Source of the DNA: Nitrospinales bacterium
GTDB lineage: Bacteria > Nitrospinota > Nitrospinia > Nitrospinales > VA-1
Direction of reading: 5' to 3'
DNA: 64,000 nucleotides
Assembly: GCA_965262115.1 (NCBI GenBank)
Contig: OZ253496.1
Coordinates: forward strand, 2,240,001-2,304,000
In this document: in pieces, positions 19,632-30,439 of the stretch
Layout: each line of letters begins with the position of its first letter
How positions within the stretch are numbered: the first letter of the stretch is position 1
The notes under the pieces: generated by a model
Seen by the model: the letters and a program-made list of their open reading frames with translations, nothing else
Told to the model about the DNA's origin: nothing
Database searches by the model: none
Made by a program: the position numbers and the translations under genes

Positions 19632-20516
19632 TTACTTGAGCGCTGAGTTCAGACATTCCTGTAATGCATCCTGCCACTGGGGCATTTCATGGTGGAAGAC
19701 CTGTTTTAATTTTCTGTTCGAAAGCAGTGAATTTCTGGGGCGAACCGCAGGAGTGGGATATTCGATAGTGGGGATGGGAACTACTTCTGTGCCTTCTAAA
19801 AAGCCAGAAAGTTCAAGGATTTTATTTGCAAAACCAAACCAACTGGTCTTCCCGCCACACGACATATTAAAAATTCCTGAATGGGAAAATACTTGGGATT
19901 TTGGAGTGCTTTCTTTTAGGCATTGTTTCAGGATTTGCGCTGTACCCTTGGCAATAGCCCGTGCCCATGTGGGGCCTCCTGTCTGATCATCAACAACTTT
20001 TATCTGCTTTCTGGTTTGAGCCAGTTTTTGCATAGTGAGAAGAAAATTGTTACCTCTCAAGCTATACACCCAACCGGTTCTAAGTATGATATGGGGAATG
20101 CCAGCTTGAATCACACCTTTTTCCCCAGTCAGCTTGGACTTTCCATAAACATTTAAGGGGCAGATGGGATCCTCTTCTTTATAAGGGGATGTCGATTTCC
20201 CATCAAAAACATAATCAGTGGAATAGTGAATCATCCCCGCGCCTATTTTTTTGGCTTCCTCGGCGATCACTCCTGGCGCGATTCCATTGACGGTCATGGC
20301 CAGTTCAGGCTCCGACTCTGCTTTATCCACTGCGGTGTAAGCAGCAGCATTTATAATAATATTCGGCTCGATCTCCTGAATGATAGAGCCCAGGGTTTCC
20401 GGTTTGGAAAGGTCCATCTCGTTTCTACTCATCACAAAAACAGTTCCCAGCTTAGAGAGCGAGTGGTTCAACTCCCAGCCCACTTGTCCGTTTTTTCCTG
20501 TCAGAAGAATTTTCAT
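19632..20516 (-). CDS. rfbD: dTDP-4-dehydrorhamnose reductase
   Basis: GKNGQVG, NAAAYTAVDKAE, STDYVFDG and YGKSK motifs. Confidence 0.95.
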   Translation of the reverse strand: MKILLTGKNGQVGWELNHSLSKLGTVFVMSRNEMDLSKPETLGSIIQEIEPNIIINAAAYTAVDKAESEPELAMTVNGIAPGVIAEEAKKIGAGMIHYSTDYVFDGKSTSPYKEEDPICPLNVYGKSKLTGEKGVIQAGIPHIILRTGWVYSLRGNNFLLTMQKLAQTRKQIKVVDDQTGGPTWARAIAKGTAQILKQCLKESTPKSQVFSHSGIFNMSCGGKTSWFGFANKILELSGFLEGTEVVPIPTIEYPTPAVRPRNSLLSNRKLKQVFHHEMPQWQDALQECLNSALK

Positions 20517-20556
20517 GAATGGAATGCTTTTGTGGAAGATGCGTGGAGTAAAGAGA

Positions 20557-21861
20557 TTAAGCTTTGATAATCTTTTTGGATTTTATACCTTTGCAGGCGT
20601 TGCGAGTATCAATAACGATTTTTGAATTTTTTACGATATTTTCGTAGTTGTAATCCGAGTGGTTTATCAAGATAGCAGTCAGATCATATGAGCCTAAATC
20701 ATTTAAGGGCACGCTTTTTCCCCCTATAAGTTTTTCATGCTCTCTGGTTTGTTTGATTTCCGGGATGAACGGGTCGTTGTAGTCAACATGCGCGCCCTGT
20801 TTTTGCAGTAAATTGATTATTTTATAAGTGACAGATTCGCGTTCGTCATCTACGTTTTTCTTGTAGGCCAGCCCCAATAACAAAATACGACAATCACTTA
20901 TTTTCTTTTCTGCTCGATTTAGTGCAGACAATATTTTTTCTACCACATAGTCGGGCATGGATATATTCACTTCTCCAGCCAGTTCTATGAACCGAGTCGT
21001 TACCCCATATTCACGGGCTTTCCAGGTTAAATAGAAAGGGTCTATGGGGATGCAATGCCCTCCAAGACCAGGGCCCGGATAAAAAGGCATATATCCGAAA
21101 GGTTTGGTTTTTGCCGCTTCAATGACTTCCCACACATCTATGTCCATTTTTTCGAAGATTACTTTAAGTTCATTGACCAAAGCAATGTTCACGGCGCGGA
21201 AAATATTTTCCATCAGCTTTGTTGCTTCTGCTGTTTTAGTGCTCGAAACTGGGACCAATTTTTTAATAATTGTTCCATAAAGGGCAGAAGCAGTTTCCAT
21301 AGCTATTTCAGAATCCGCCCTAATTACTTTTGGGATGTCCGCTGTCTGGAAACTTGGATTGTTGGGGTCTTCACGTTCTGCAGAGTAAGCTACAAAAAAA
21401 TCTTGCCCTTGTTTCAAGTTGTTAGACGACTCCAATTCAGGGATCAGCACTTCTTCTGTTGTTCCTGGATAGGTGGTCGATTCCAGAACTATCAAAGTGT
21501 CTCGGGACAAATGCGGAGATATTTTTTGGGCCGTACTTATGATAAAACTCATGTCCGGCTCTCGCTGTTTTGTTAAAGGTGTTGGGACGCATAAAAGAAT
21601 GCAATCTAAATCTGATATAAGGGAGAAATCCGTGCTTGCCGCAAACCGATCCTCTCTAATCAGGGAATGAATATCCTCGGAAGGGATATGCTTGATATAA
21701 CTTCCTCCTTTCATCAATTGCTCAATTTTCTTTGTATCGATATCTAACCCTGTAACAGAAAAGCCAGCTTTGCCAAAAGCTAGGGCGAGGGGAAGCCCTA
21801 CATAGCCCAAGCCAACTACTCCGACTCTAGCGTCTTTGTTTTTGATTTTTTCTATGAGCAA
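20557..21861 (-). CDS. UDP-N-acetylhexosamine dehydrogenase (WbpA/WecC/TviB family)
   Basis: GLGYVGLPLA, CVPTP, LESTTYPGTT and GPGLGGHCIPIDPFYL motifs. Confidence 0.9.
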   Translation of the reverse strand: MLIEKIKNKDARVGVVGLGYVGLPLALAFGKAGFSVTGLDIDTKKIEQLMKGGSYIKHIPSEDIHSLIREDRFAASTDFSLISDLDCILLCVPTPLTKQREPDMSFIISTAQKISPHLSRDTLIVLESTTYPGTTEEVLIPELESSNNLKQGQDFFVAYSAEREDPNNPSFQTADIPKVIRADSEIAMETASALYGTIIKKLVPVSSTKTAEATKLMENIFRAVNIALVNELKVIFEKMDIDVWEVIEAAKTKPFGYMPFYPGPGLGGHCIPIDPFYLTWKAREYGVTTRFIELAGEVNISMPDYVVEKILSALNRAEKKISDCRILLLGLAYKKNVDDERESVTYKIINLLQKQGAHVDYNDPFIPEIKQTREHEKLIGGKSVPLNDLGSYDLTAILINHSDYNYENIVKNSKIVIDTRNACKGIKSKKIIKA

Positions 21862-21964
21862 GAGATTTCCTTAGATTGATTTGTGATGTTAAAGGTTGAC
21901 AACATTTATCTCTGCGTTGGACAGCTAATATTCTAACAAGAGAGCTTATTAACAATCTCCTGCT

Positions 21965-22975
21965 TTATGAAGGATGGTAATAAGCCATATACCATTCGAT
22001 AAACTTTTTAATCCCTGATTCAATAGAATATTTTGGGGCATACCCAAAATCATGGACGAGACTATGAACATCAGCATGAGATTTTAAAAAATCACCATCC
22101 TGCATGGGCATCAGGTTTAATTTGGCTTTCATCCTGAGATTTTTTTCGATTTCATGAATGTAGTCCATCAACTTAACTGGTGCATTGGACCCTATATTGT
22201 AAAGCCTGTAAGGTGCAGATGATGTGGCCGGATTAGGTTTGTCACTATTCCAGTTGGGATCTGGTTTGGGTGATTTGTTGGCTATTTTTATGACTCCTTC
22301 TACGATATCGTCAATATAAGTGAAATCGCGTTCCATATCTCCGCGGTTATAAACATCGATGGGTTGTGAAGCCAAAATAGCTTTCGTAAATAAAAATAAG
22401 GCCATATCGGGTCTTCCCCAGGGACCATAAACGGTAAAAAACCTGAGTCCAGTTGTGGGGATTCCATAAAGATGGGAATAGGAATGAGCCATCAGTTCAT
22501 TGGCTATTTTTGTGGCTCCGTAAAATGAAACAGGGTGGCTGACGTTATCTTCAACAGCAAACGGATATTTTGTACTGAGTCCGTATGCTGAGCTGGAAGA
22601 AGCATAGATAAGATGTTCTACCGCGTTGTAGCGGCAGCCCTCTAGGATGTTGAACGTTCCTACAATATTTCTTTGAACATAGACTTCCGGGTGCTGGATT
22701 GAGTAACGAACGCCAGCCTGCGCGGCAAGATGAATTACCTTTTGAGGCTCTTCTTTTTGAAATAATTGTTCAATCGCTTCTTTGTCTTCCAGATTGTTTT
22801 CGTAGAATGCGAATTGTTCGTGATCTTTAAGGATTTTCAAGCGGTCTTTTTTTAGATTAATGTCATAGTAGTCATTGAGATTGTCCAGTCCGATCACCTC
22901 GTGGCCAGAATCGAGCAATCGTTTAGAAACGTGAAAGCCAATAAAGCCCGCCGTTCCAGTAACTAAGATTTTCAT
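21965..22975 (-). CDS. NAD-dependent epimerase (UDP-glucuronate 4-epimerase-like)
   Basis: GTAGFIG, HLAAQAGVRYS and GLRFFTVYGPWGRPDMA motifs. Confidence 0.9.
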   Translation of the reverse strand: MKILVTGTAGFIGFHVSKRLLDSGHEVIGLDNLNDYYDINLKKDRLKILKDHEQFAFYENNLEDKEAIEQLFQKEEPQKVIHLAAQAGVRYSIQHPEVYVQRNIVGTFNILEGCRYNAVEHLIYASSSSAYGLSTKYPFAVEDNVSHPVSFYGATKIANELMAHSYSHLYGIPTTGLRFFTVYGPWGRPDMALFLFTKAILASQPIDVYNRGDMERDFTYIDDIVEGVIKIANKSPKPDPNWNSDKPNPATSSAPYRLYNIGSNAPVKLMDYIHEIEKNLRMKAKLNLMPMQDGDFLKSHADVHSLVHDFGYAPKYSIESGIKKFIEWYMAYYHPS

Positions 22976-23049
22976 AATCGGATTAAGTTTTTACTTATCA
23001 AGGGAACGATGTTTCTTTGTGGTGGTCGATTTCCTAACATATCCAGTAT

Positions 23050-23928
23050 TTATTTTTCTCTAGAAATCATACGCATAAGATATTGACCATATCTATTTTT
23101 ATTCAGTGATCGAGCGAGTTTTTCCAGATCTTCTGCTGTGATCCAACCTTTACTGTAAGCAATTTCTTCGGGACAACAGACCATCAGTCCTTGCCGCCGT
23201 TGAATGGTTTCTATAAAGTTGGCGGCATCCAGCAGGGATTCATGAGAGCCTGTATCCAGCCAGGCGAACCCGCGACTCATCTTCTCAACGGATAGTCGCG
23301 ATTGCTCAAGATATACCCGGTTGACATCGGTGATCTCCAGTTCCCCCCGTGCCGATGGTTTAATGGAAGAGGCGATGTCGACAACCTGATTGTCATAAAA
23401 ATATAGTCCGGTAATGGCATAATTTGATTTAGGTTCAAGAGGTTTTTCCTCAACGCTGGCGACTTTATTATCAGGACCAAACTCGGCCACCCCATAATTT
23501 TGCGGGTCCTTCATCCAATAGCCGAAAACGGTGGCACCCGTTTTCTGTTTCCGGGCCTTCTCCATGAGTTCGGGTAGCTCGTGACCATAAAATATATTAT
23601 CACCAAGGATCAAACTGCATCCATCTTTGCCGATAAAGTTTTTCCCAATGATGAATGCCTGAGCCAGACCATCAGGACTGGGCTGGACTCCATAACTGAT
23701 ATTGGCTCCCCACTGGCTTCCATCTTTCAACAATTCTTTGAATAGAGGCTGGTCTTGAGGCGTGGTGATGATAAAGATATCCCGGATATCAGCCAGCAGG
23801 AAGGTGCAGAGCGGATAATAGATCATCGGTTTGTCATAGAGAGGCATCAACTGCTTACTGACAACCTGGGTCAATGGATAGAGCCGGGTTCCCGAGCCTC
23901 CCGCTAAAATGATTCCTTTGTTGATCAT
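23050..23928 (-). CDS. rfbA: Glucose-1-phosphate thymidylyltransferase
   Basis: [30 protein letters not shown] and WLDTG motifs. Confidence 0.96.
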   Translation of the reverse strand: MINKGIILAGGSGTRLYPLTQVVSKQLMPLYDKPMIYYPLCTFLLADIRDIFIITTPQDQPLFKELLKDGSQWGANISYGVQPSPDGLAQAFIIGKNFIGKDGCSLILGDNIFYGHELPELMEKARKQKTGATVFGYWMKDPQNYGVAEFGPDNKVASVEEKPLEPKSNYAITGLYFYDNQVVDIASSIKPSARGELEITDVNRVYLEQSRLSVEKMSRGFAWLDTGSHESLLDAANFIETIQRRQGLMVCCPEEIAYSKGWITAEDLEKLARSLNKNRYGQYLMRMISREK

Positions 23929-23940
23929 ATTGAATGTTCT

Positions 23941-25002
23941 TTAGGATTTTTCAAGACCCAAACGTTCCCCTCTGTAGGCGCCAGACATGACCCGGCTTGT
24001 CCAGTCCTTGTTGTCCAGATACCAGATCACGGTTTTTCTTAAGCCGGTTTCAAAGGATTCCTTGGGAACCCAGCCCAGTTGATTTTGAATCTTGCTTGCG
24101 TCAATGGCATAGCGCCGATCATGCCCTGGACGGTCCTCGACAAATCTGATCAGATTTTTATGCGGTCGGTGTGGAGAGTCCGGTACCTTTTCATCCAGGA
24201 TATGGCATAGAGTCTCGATAACGTCCAGATTGGTTTTTTCATTATGCCCGCCAATATTATAAACCTGCCCTACGGTTCCTTTTTCTAGAACTTCGAGAAT
24301 GGCCCGGCAATGATCCTCAACATACAGCCAGTCCCTTATCTGCTTTCCGTCCCCGTATACAGGAAGGGGTTCCCCGGACAAGGACTTGTTAATCATCAGC
24401 GGCAGGAGTTTCTCGGGAAACTGATAGGGGCCATAGTTATTAGAACAATTGGTGGTTAGTGTCGGAAGGTTAAATGTTTTGTGATAAGCTCTCACCAGAT
24501 GGTCGGAGGAGGCTTTGGATGCGGCATACGGCGAGTTCGGGGCGTATGCAGTTTCTTCCGTAAACAAGCCGGTTCCTCCCAAAGATCCATAAACTTCATC
24601 GGTAGAAATATGCAGGAACCTGAAATTGCCCTTTCGGGTTTTGTCTAATCCTTGCCAGTACCCACAGGCGGTTTCCAGAAGCTCAAAGGTTCCCACTACG
24701 TTAGTTTGAATGAAGTCTCCCGGTGTTTCAATGGATCGGTCGACATGCGATTCGGCGGCAAAATGAACCACCGCATCGATTTCATGTCCTCCAAATAATG
24801 TTCTTAATTTGTTTTTGTCGCAGATATCACCCTGTACAAACTCATAATTACTGTCACCTTCTACTGATGCTAGAGTGTCGAGATTTGCCGCATAGGTCAG
24901 TTTGTCATAATTGATTATTTTTACCTGCCCGGTTTTCATCAGGTTCAAGATAAAGTTTCCACCGATAAAACCGGCACCACCCGTAACAAAAAATGTTTTC
25001 AT
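23941..25002 (-). CDS. rfbB: dTDP-glucose 4,6-dehydratase (start reassigned to ATG 25002)
   Basis: MKTFFVTGGAGFIG, HFAAESHVDRSI, HISTDEVYG and DRPGHDRRYA motifs. Confidence 0.96.
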   Translation of the reverse strand: MKTFFVTGGAGFIGGNFILNLMKTGQVKIINYDKLTYAANLDTLASVEGDSNYEFVQGDICDKNKLRTLFGGHEIDAVVHFAAESHVDRSIETPGDFIQTNVVGTFELLETACGYWQGLDKTRKGNFRFLHISTDEVYGSLGGTGLFTEETAYAPNSPYAASKASSDHLVRAYHKTFNLPTLTTNCSNNYGPYQFPEKLLPLMINKSLSGEPLPVYGDGKQIRDWLYVEDHCRAILEVLEKGTVGQVYNIGGHNEKTNLDVIETLCHILDEKVPDSPHRPHKNLIRFVEDRPGHDRRYAIDASKIQNQLGWVPKESFETGLRKTVIWYLDNKDWTSRVMSGAYRGERLGLEKS

Positions 25003-25142
25003 TTTTGTAAAAACCTGTCGGAAGGTGATAAAACAAGGTTTGCAGGAAACGCTTCGACTATCTCTGAGAAGTATAAGTGGTTGAATCCATACATTCAAGC
25101 TAATGCAACTGATAAAAACATTGTTTTAAATAATTCAGGATT

Positions 25143-25361
25143 ATGATGCGCTCTCCATCCATTGCAGTCGTTGTTGTTAATTGGAACTCAGGCCAATACC
25201 TGGAAAAATGTTTGCAAAGTCTTAAGGGTCAGGCTTTGCCTCCAACCCGGGTCCTGGTGGTGGATAATGCCAGTACAGATGGTTCTATGGATGGGCTTAA
25301 GCAAAAATTTAGTGATTGGGAATTTATACACTTGGCAAAAAATACAGGTTTTGCTTTATAA
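25143..25361 (+). pseudogene. Truncated family-2 glycosyltransferase
   Basis: VVVNWN..YL.KCL.SL, VVDNASTDGS and NTGFA, then a stop after only 72 aa. Confidence 0.8.
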
Positions 25362-25412
25362 TCCAGTGGCCGATCAGATTAAATCCATAATCCTTAAAAC
25401 GCAAAACAAGCC

Positions 25413-25589
25413 ATGATTGACGAGATTGATTATTTCCCCCGAAGAGACCGACATAATAAAAAGAAAAAAGTGGACTCGGGGTGGGGAGACCTGAAAAAAC
25501 AAAAATCTGAACAGGACAATAAAGCCCAGGATGAAAATAAGGAAAGTAGCAAGAAATCTCCTGTCAGGCAGAAAAAAACCATCAAATAA
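25413..25589 (+). CDS. Small hydrophilic hypothetical protein (58 aa; below the ORF-track cutoff)
   Basis: ATG..TAA open frame encoding MIDEIDYFPRRDRHNKKKKVDSGWGDLKKQK... Confidence 0.4.
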   Translation: MIDEIDYFPRRDRHNKKKKVDSGWGDLKKQKSEQDNKAQDENKESSKKSPVRQKKTIK

Positions 25590-25681
25590 GACCCATCAAA
25601 ATTACCGGTTTGGACTGGTACCCCTCCGCTGTTATAATACCCGCTCATTCAACTTCAATTTTCCACGACAGGAGCCGGATA

Positions 25682-26971
<1,290 letters not shown>

Positions 26972-27103
26972 CCGCTACTCGGCGTGGGGCCAACAACAAT
27001 AGCTTGTTACCGCTTTCAAATTGCGTTGGCGGCTTAATGGGGCCGAGATAACCTTTTGCTTGCCTGGGAAAGCTGTTGCTAGTTACCACCGGGCGTTGCC
27101 CGG
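26972..27103. repeat. Structured repeat family B, copy 1
   Basis: ACTCGGCGTGGGGCCA left end, AACAATAGCTT/AAGCTGTTGCT closing stem and terminal CCGGGCGTTGCCCGG hairpin; homologous to 62345-62526. Confidence 0.75.
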
Positions 27104-28611
27104 AGTTCTGACTTTAAAATTTTCCCGGTTGCGGTTTTTGGCAGGGACTCCATGAACTGAAAAAGGTCGGGGATCATGAAGGTGGGCAATTTCTCCCGGC
27201 ACAGTTCTTTCAGTTCCTGTTCGGTGGCTTGAGTCCCTTCACGCAAAACGGCAAACACTTTTACTTTTTCTCCCACCCGTTCATCAGCAATGCCCACAGC
27301 CGCCACTTCGATGATTGCAGGATGATTCATTAAAGCGTTTTCAATCGCCAGGGGTGATACGTTTTCCCCGGCACGAATTATAAGGTCTTTAATCCTGCCG
27401 ACAGAAATAAACAGCCTGCCCTTTTCATCGAGATGACCCAGGTCCCCGGTTCTGAACCAGCCATCGGCTGAAATGGTTGTTTCATCGGGCTTGTTCCAGT
27501 AACCTTTCATCACCGTTTCGCCGCGCACCCGGATCTCGCCGACTTCTCCCTGTTTGACCGGTTTCCCGGACTCATTGACTATTTCCAGTTCGACGTTGGG
27601 CAGGACGGGGCCGACTGAGCCAGGCACACTGCCGTCTTTCATCGTGTTCACGGCGATCACCGGCGATGTCTCGGTCAATCCATAACCTTCGATGACGGTG
27701 ACGCCCAATCCTTCTTCCACTTTTTTCAGCAGGGCCTCAGGCAGAGACGCGCCGCCGGAGATGCAATAGCGCAAGGACGAAACGTCATATCCTCCACGTG
27801 CATAAAGTTGCACAAGAAAAGAGTAAATGGTCGGCACCAGCGGTAAAATTGTCGCTTTGTGTTGGGCGATGGATTCCAATATGGTTTTAGGTTGAAACTG
27901 TTTCAGTAAAATAAGGGTGGCTCCCGAACGCAATAATACCAGTGCCATGATGTTTCCAAACGAATGGAACAGGGGCAGGGCGACGATCACTTTATCTTCC
28001 GGGGTAAACTGCAGATGCTCTAAAAACCCGGTGCAGTTGGTGTCGAACTGGTTCTCTTCCAGCATGACCCCTTTGGGTTTGGCGGTGGTGCCGGATGTGT
28101 AGAGGATGACATCGGGGAGGCTTTCGCCTCTTTTATGTTTCGTTAGAGAATCACTGGGGTCACCCAGAGCTATGAATTCGTCCCATTTCAGAGTTCCTTC
28201 TCCCACTTGTGTCGGGTCCGCCGGACCCACAAGGATTTTGTTGACAAAGAATTTGAAAAAGGAAGTGACTTCGGGTTTGACGAAGGCTGAGTCGACGATC
28301 AGGGTATCGATCCCCGCGTCCTGAGTGATGTAGACCATATCTTCCGGCTTCAGCATGAAGTTAAAAGGAATGACAGGAACGCCTTTGAGCAACGCGGCAA
28401 AAAAAGCAATGAGATATTCTTTCTGGTTCAGGCATAGCAAGCCGATTTTGCTGTTGGCGCCCAGTTCGAGTCTGGACAAGGCGCTGGCGAACCGTTCGAT
28501 CTGGGAAGCAAAATCGCCATAGCTTAAGGCAGTGTCTCCCTCGATAATCGCCGGGTGAGCCGGATTCTTTTTAGCGTGGGTTTTCAGGTATTGGTAAAAA
28601 GACAATTTCAA
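27079..28611 (-). CDS. Long-chain-fatty-acid--CoA ligase (AMP-binding)
   Basis: YTSGTTAKPKG, EGYGLTE, FRTGDLG and LPKTATGKI motifs. Confidence 0.92.
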   Translation of the reverse strand: MKLSFYQYLKTHAKKNPAHPAIIEGDTALSYGDFASQIERFASALSRLELGANSKIGLLCLNQKEYLIAFFAALLKGVPVIPFNFMLKPEDMVYITQDAGIDTLIVDSAFVKPEVTSFFKFFVNKILVGPADPTQVGEGTLKWDEFIALGDPSDSLTKHKRGESLPDVILYTSGTTAKPKGVMLEENQFDTNCTGFLEHLQFTPEDKVIVALPLFHSFGNIMALVLLRSGATLILLKQFQPKTILESIAQHKATILPLVPTIYSFLVQLYARGGYDVSSLRYCISGGASLPEALLKKVEEGLGVTVIEGYGLTETSPVIAVNTMKDGSVPGSVGPVLPNVELEIVNESGKPVKQGEVGEIRVRGETVMKGYWNKPDETTISADGWFRTGDLGHLDEKGRLFISVGRIKDLIIRAGENVSPLAIENALMNHPAIIEVAAVGIADERVGEKVKVFAVLREGTQATEQELKELCREKLPTFMIPDLFQFMESLPKTATGKILKSELRATPGGN

Positions 28612-28715
28612 AATCCCTTGTTCAAGGAAATAATTTAAAAGGTATTATACCCCTGCGGAGCCTGAAGGCTAGCCTGGATTCAGTATGAATATTTTTATGC
28701 ATGAAATGAAAAACA

Positions 28716-28991
28716 TTATTGAACCACCCTCACCTCAGTCCTCTCCCCTGGGGGTAGACGTGATATCTCTCCTAAACATTCGTGCCCTGCAAGGGTAAGG
28801 TTGGGATGAGGGGGATGACATGGATGGAGTCTGTTGGTAGCGTTGATGTAATCGCGCAGAATCATTTTTCCGGTTTCTGCATCCCCGGCCAGTACGCTCT
28901 CAATACTTTCTTTGAGGAGTCCAGTGCGAAACTTTGAGTCCTTGAGCGCGCGCGCCTGAATGGTTTCTTTAAAATTTTTCGTTATAGCCAT
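28716..28991 (-). pseudogene. Truncated addiction-module antidote-type transcriptional regulator
   Basis: FKETIQAR...GK.ILRDYINAT matches the family N-terminus. The HTH half is replaced by repeat-derived sequence and there is no adjacent toxin. Confidence 0.7.
28723..28815. repeat. CCCTCACC-type palindromic repeat carrying a nested 40-bp micro-element (28758-28797, minus strand)
   Basis: CCCTCACCTCAG..CTCTCCCCTGGGG..GGTTGGGATGAGGG interrupted by ACGTGATATCTCTCCTAAACATTCGTGCCCTGCAAGGGTA. Confidence 0.75.
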
Positions 28992-29044
28992 GATTCATGA
29001 TGGTAGCATATAGGTTACTTTATTGTGAGTTTGATGATTAAAGT

Positions 29045-29197
29045 CTGGATTGCTTCACTCTGCTCGCAAAGACGATTTCAATAGAACCCCTGGTTGTAAA
29101 TTACCCCGGCCATCGAACGAAACGTGTTCCTATTGCTCAATTTTAAAAAAGAGGGGTAATAACGCAACCCCCCTGGTCCCCTTATCAGGGGGGATTT
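29045..29197. repeat. REP-like palindrome cluster
   Basis: CTGGATTGCTTCACTCTGCTCGCAAAGAC and AACCCCCCTGGTCCCCTTATCAGGGGG, resembling units in 1-150. Confidence 0.55.
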
Positions 29198-29242
29198 GGT
29201 GAAACCTCTTCAAGCCGAGAAAACTGCTGTTTACAGATAACG

Positions 29243-30151
29243 CTACGGCCCCATTTCCCCCGGGCGTTGCCCGGCCCACCGGGCGAAGAAACCGTTAGGA
29301 AGATTGAATCCGGATGATTGATCGGGGATGAACATTTCTCCCGTCTCGAAATTCCCGGTTTGGTGTGACGGGAAATAAGTCCGCAGCATATTTTCGAGAG
29401 TGAGTGCAGAGAATCCGGGCGAATGCGTGGTGAACAGCAAAAATGCCGGAGAATCGATGAGGATGTTCTGGCAGGCTTCCATGAATTTGGGCAGCATATT
29501 TTCGATGTTCCAGACTTCTCCTTTTGGTCCTCGTCCAAAAGAGGGCGGGTCCATGATGATGGCGTCATATTTCTTGCCGCGTCGGTGTTCTCTCTGCATA
29601 TATTTCATGGCGTCATCGACAATCCAGCGTACCGGACGGTCGTCCAGTCCGGAAAGTTCGAGATTGCGCCGGGCCCAGGTGACCGAGGCTTTGGAAGCGT
29701 CAATATGGGTGACGTGAGCCCCGGCCGAGGCCGCCGCAATGGTGCTGGCGCCGGTGTAGCCAAAAACATTAAGTACTTGTATTTTTGTGCCGTTAAGCTG
29801 TTTAAGCCGATCCATGATCCATAGCCAGTTGAGGGCCTGTTCGGGGAAAATTCCGATATGTCCGAATCCTGTGGGTTGGACTTTGAAGACGAGGTTATGG
29901 AACTGAATGGTCCATCCATCCTCAGGGAGCGGGGTGAAAAACTTCCATTTGCCGCCTGTATCTTTACCTTTAAAATATTTGTATTCTCCTTCCGCCTTTT
30001 TCCATTCTTTGGGAGAAAGGGATTTGGGCCAGATGGCCTGGGGTGCGGGACGGATGAAACGGTGTGGGCCTAATTGTTCGAGCTTCTGGAATAATCCAGT
30101 ATCGAGTAGCTGGTAGTCGAGGGGATAGTTTTGTGTTGGCGAATGGCCCAT
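29243..30151 (-). CDS. Class I SAM-dependent methyltransferase (RlmI/RlmK-like)
   Basis: FGHIGIFPEQ, VLNVFGYTG and IIMDPPSFGRGP motifs. Confidence 0.88.
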   Translation of the reverse strand: MGHSPTQNYPLDYQLLDTGLFQKLEQLGPHRFIRPAPQAIWPKSLSPKEWKKAEGEYKYFKGKDTGGKWKFFTPLPEDGWTIQFHNLVFKVQPTGFGHIGIFPEQALNWLWIMDRLKQLNGTKIQVLNVFGYTGASTIAAASAGAHVTHIDASKASVTWARRNLELSGLDDRPVRWIVDDAMKYMQREHRRGKKYDAIIMDPPSFGRGPKGEVWNIENMLPKFMEACQNILIDSPAFLLFTTHSPGFSALTLENMLRTYFPSHQTGNFETGEMFIPDQSSGFNLPNGFFARWAGQRPGEMGP

Positions 30152-30228
30152 AAATGTTGAAAACCTTTAAGCACTGCTATAGGATAATAATTTCAAGGTC
30201 TTACTATTAACAAATGCCCTGTTTGGAG

Positions 30229-30436
30229 GAGACCTTTGCATAACCCAAGATTTACCCCTGCGGGGCACGAAGTTTAAGGAAAAACATCACGTCTTCGTTG
30301 CAATAGCTCCTCAGAATGACAAAATAGCCTTTTATTGTCATGCTGAGCTAGTGATACTCGACCTTTGCCTTCTTGCCCCGGAGGGGTGTGTCGAAGCATC
30401 TCGCTTTTCTGCTTTATAGACTTACGCAAAGGTCTC
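30229..30436. mobile_element. MITE family A, copy 3 (208 bp, containing two nested micro-elements)
   Basis: TIRs GAGACCTTTGCATAA and TTACGCAAAGGTCTC; perfect 9-bp TSD TGTTTGGAG (30220-30228 and 30437-30445). Confidence 0.93.
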
Positions 30437-30439
30437 TGT

